NCBI GenBank assembly: GCA_002773395.1
Contig: PFBI01000004.1
Span: 12,615 to 76,614 of the forward strand
Source of the DNA: Candidatus Kaiserbacteria bacterium CG10_big_fil_rev_8_21_14_0_10_47_16
GTDB taxonomy: Bacteria; Patescibacteriota; Minisyncoccia; Phycocordibacterales; UBA918
Reading direction: 5' to 3'
DNA: 64,000 bases
The notes beneath the pieces are model-generated. The model was given only the letters and a program-made list of their open reading frames with translations. It was not told the DNA's origin and did not search any database. The position numbers and the translations under genes were made by a program. Below, one piece after another: positions 61,580 through 64,000 of the stretch. The number at the start of each line of letters is the position of its first letter. The first letter of the stretch is position 1.

Positions 61580-62638
61580 TTATGCAACCGCAGCGATCGC
61601 AAGACCGACAACAGCGCACATGAGACTGATAATCCAGTATCGCATTGTCACCTTGTATGACGGCCAACCAATTGCTTCAAAGTGGTGATGCAGTGGTGCG
61701 ATGCGGAAGAATTTCTTGCCGAAGAATCGCTTCGATGCAACTTGGAGAATGTTGGAAAGTACGGTTGCAATGAGTGGAAGGCCGATGATAAAGAAGAGTG
61801 AAATACCATTTCCATCGCCGAGCGTATCGGTCATAAAGATAATAACCGAGAGCGCAAGCGTGAGCGCCATGGTCCCTGTCTCTGTCATCCAGAAACGCGC
61901 GGGCGGAATATTGAACCAAAGAAACGCGAGTGTTGATCCTGCAATGGTCGCAGAGAGTGCCGCAAGGTCGTACTGTTGTTGAAAGAATGCAACGCCCGCG
62001 TACGCAGAAAAGATAGATGCAAAGATGCCTCCTGAGAGACCGTCGATTCCGTCAATAACACCGCTCGCGTAGATAGCGTTCGTCATCAAAATGAAAAAGA
62101 GAATAATGAATGGTCCGAGGAAGAGCGTTCCGTCAAACGGAATACTGATAGAGTCGACACCGAGCTTTGTATAAAACCACCATGCAATGAGTCCAGAAAG
62201 AATCGAGACAAAGAGAATACGTGTACGCAGACGAATCCCCTTCCCGCTCTGCGTTACGTCGTAGTAATCATTGATGAATCCAACGAGCGCACCGATGACG
62301 AGTGTGGCGAGTGGGATCCATGTCTGTGAGCGACTGAAGAATGCGAGTGAGCCTATGGTTGAGTCAGGGAAAAATACTTTCGCAAGAAAGAGAAGTGCGA
62401 CGGTGATAAGTACGCTTCCCCAAATGACGATTCCGCCCATGCGTGGTGTCTTTGTTTCTTTTTCTTTGTGGAGTTGATTAAAGACTGCAGCGACGGTCCC
62501 ATCAAGCGCTGCCTTCCCTCCTTCTTTCTTCCACACTTTATATTTATAGAGATAGTGTGCAACGAGGGGTGTAATCAAAATACCGCTCACGAATGCGATT
62601 GCAGTAGGAATAAATATTTTTATGATTGTTGCTTCCAT
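61580..62638 (-). CDS. mraY: Phospho-MurNAc-pentapeptide transferase
   Basis: TPRMGG, DGIDGL, FNIPPA, APLHHHFE. Confidence 0.93.
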   Translation of the reverse strand: MEATIIKIFIPTAIAFVSGILITPLVAHYLYKYKVWKKEGGKAALDGTVAAVFNQLHKEKETKTPRMGGIVIWGSVLITVALLFLAKVFFPDSTIGSLAFFSRSQTWIPLATLVIGALVGFINDYYDVTQSGKGIRLRTRILFVSILSGLIAWWFYTKLGVDSISIPFDGTLFLGPFIILFFILMTNAIYASGVIDGIDGLSGGIFASIFSAYAGVAFFQQQYDLAALSATIAGSTLAFLWFNIPPARFWMTETGTMALTLALSVIIFMTDTLGDGNGISLFFIIGLPLIATVLSNILQVASKRFFGKKFFRIAPLHHHFEAIGWPSYKVTMRYWIISLMCAVVGLAIAAVA

Positions 62639-62642
62639 AGAA

Positions 62643-63674
62643 TTATTGTTCGTTTTGAAGGACTGCCGTTACCGCCGCTGCCGCAAGCTGCTTCACATCA
62701 TTAAAACGACCGTTCACCGACGATCCAAGAATCGCAATGACAACGGGATGATCGAGCCCCGCATCAAACGCGACGACGAGGTTTCCTCCTGCGAGTTCGG
62801 TGTACCCCGTCTTCGATGCGATGAGTCCGGGAATATTGGTCACTGCCTTATTTGTGTTCTCAGCGATGTGCGTTGCGCCCGCGGTGTTGGCCACAAGGGT
62901 GTGCGCAACTTTTGTTTCTTCGAGTACTGATGGATAGGTACTGATGAGGTACGTCATGAGCGTCGCCATATCCTTTGCGGAACCGTCTGCGCCACTCGTT
63001 GTTGTAGAGAGGTCGAGGCCTGTTGGATTACGGAAGGTAGTACTCGTAAGGCCAATTTCGCGCGCGCGGATATTCATTGCATCCACAAAGGTGAGCGCTT
63101 TGTCCCCTGAAGCAAATACCGAGCCTCCTGCAGCAGCAGCGAGTGCATACGCACCGTCGTTGGATGAATTGATGAGGGTGAGATCGAGAAGGTTCTGTGT
63201 AGTGAATGCTTCGTCTTTGCTAAAGCCGCTGTCACCGTCTTGCAGAATAGCGTCCATACCAACGTATACCGAACCATTCATATCGAGTAGTTCATGCGCG
63301 ACGAGCGCGGTCATGAGCTTTGTCACTGATGCGAGCGGAACTGTTGCATCAGCATTTTTGCTAAACAATACTTTGTCATCACGAACATCGTACACATACA
63401 CCGACCGTGCTTCGAGATTGATGTCGTCGAATGTCACACGACCTTCGGTCGACGCAGGTTGTTGCATCGCGCTGTCAATATCAGATGCACTACGTGTACG
63501 GGCATCACGTGCTTTCTCGAGAATGTCAGGGATGTAGGTAACACCAAAGATGAGAACGAGAATAGAAAGTGCGACGGTGAGTTCTCGGAATGCAGGAAAA
63601 CGACGTTGAAATGAAAAACGTTTCGGGGTTTCTTCTGGTTGCTGTGGTTGTTCGGGAATGTGTTGCTCTTCCAT
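62643..63674 (-). CDS. D-Ala-D-Ala carboxypeptidase, peptidase S11 family
   Basis: ASVTK (SxxK), SSN (SxN), KTG motifs, N-terminal TM. Confidence 0.9.
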   Translation of the reverse strand: MEEQHIPEQPQQPEETPKRFSFQRRFPAFRELTVALSILVLIFGVTYIPDILEKARDARTRSASDIDSAMQQPASTEGRVTFDDINLEARSVYVYDVRDDKVLFSKNADATVPLASVTKLMTALVAHELLDMNGSVYVGMDAILQDGDSGFSKDEAFTTQNLLDLTLINSSNDGAYALAAAAGGSVFASGDKALTFVDAMNIRAREIGLTSTTFRNPTGLDLSTTTSGADGSAKDMATLMTYLISTYPSVLEETKVAHTLVANTAGATHIAENTNKAVTNIPGLIASKTGYTELAGGNLVVAFDAGLDHPVVIAILGSSVNGRFNDVKQLAAAAVTAVLQNEQ

Positions 63675-63677
63675 ACG

Positions 63678-64000
63678 CTAGGTTGTTGCGAATACGTTAT
63701 CAGACTCCCCTTCCTCCACCGACTGTTGCTCGGATTCAAAAGTATCTAATGTATTCATAATATCTTCAAACTCGGGTAATTGCTCGCGTCTTTCAACACC
63801 GAGGTGTGCAAAGAGTTCGGGAGTGATCGCGTAATGGAATGACCGCGAGTCGTTTGGATTTGCGCGACGCTCCACCAAACCTCGGATAAGGAGGTTGCGG
63901 AGAATGAAGGTTGAGTTGACCCCGCGAATACGATCTATCTCAACTCGAGACAGCGGGCCACGGTAGAGTACGATTGCAAGGGTTTCTGCCCCAGCCTTCC
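63678..64000 (-). CDS. scpB: SMC-Scp complex subunit ScpB (5' end outside the window)
   Basis: Reading frame gives AETLAIVLYRGPLSRVEIDRIRGVNS..ILRNLLIRGLVE...Y.IT..LFAHLG. Confidence 0.9.
   Translation of the reverse strand, partial: KAGAETLAIVLYRGPLSRVEIDRIRGVNSTFILRNLLIRGLVERRANPNDSRSFHYAITPELFAHLGVERREQLPEFEDIMNTLDTFESEQQSVEEGESDNVFATT

Overview
Gene-dense, mostly housekeeping 64 kb segment of a bacterial chromosome using the standard genetic code (TGA is a stop). The content points to a Patescibacteria/CPR (Parcubacteria-like) genome, which is an inference: split transketolase, N-terminally shortened RF1, PheS and PheT, a NusB-NUDIX fusion, a short SMC, scattered type IV pilins, a sortase and apparently leaderless promoters. 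Core content: gap/rpiB/rpe/tkt, rplY, rpmE, prfA, rpsB, tsf, tRNA-Thr(UGU), pheST, cysS, dnaE, rnhB, rpmF, nusB, rnc, smc, rnr, rpsP-khpA-trmD, rpoBC, gltX, murG-ftsW-mraY, scpB. No CRISPR array, rRNA, prophage or transposase was seen. The most notable signals lie between genes. (1) A GIY-YIG nuclease gene bracketed by perfect 15-bp inverted repeats sits exactly between pheS and pheT. (2) A 188-bp fold-back element with 20-bp perfect terminal repeats forms the entire rpmE leader. (3) A TATA-ended 139-bp MITE-like element supplies the dnaE -10 box. (4) The 5' half of tRNA-Thr is duplicated with a hairpin inserted. (5) A ~190-nt structured ncRNA candidate lies downstream of rpoC. (6) A small two-component regulon has three matching TTCAT-N6-TTCAT boxes. 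(7) NADAR and 2H-phosphoesterase genes flank trmD. All calls are by eye from the sequence and the ORF track; no searches were run, and refined start codons are estimates.
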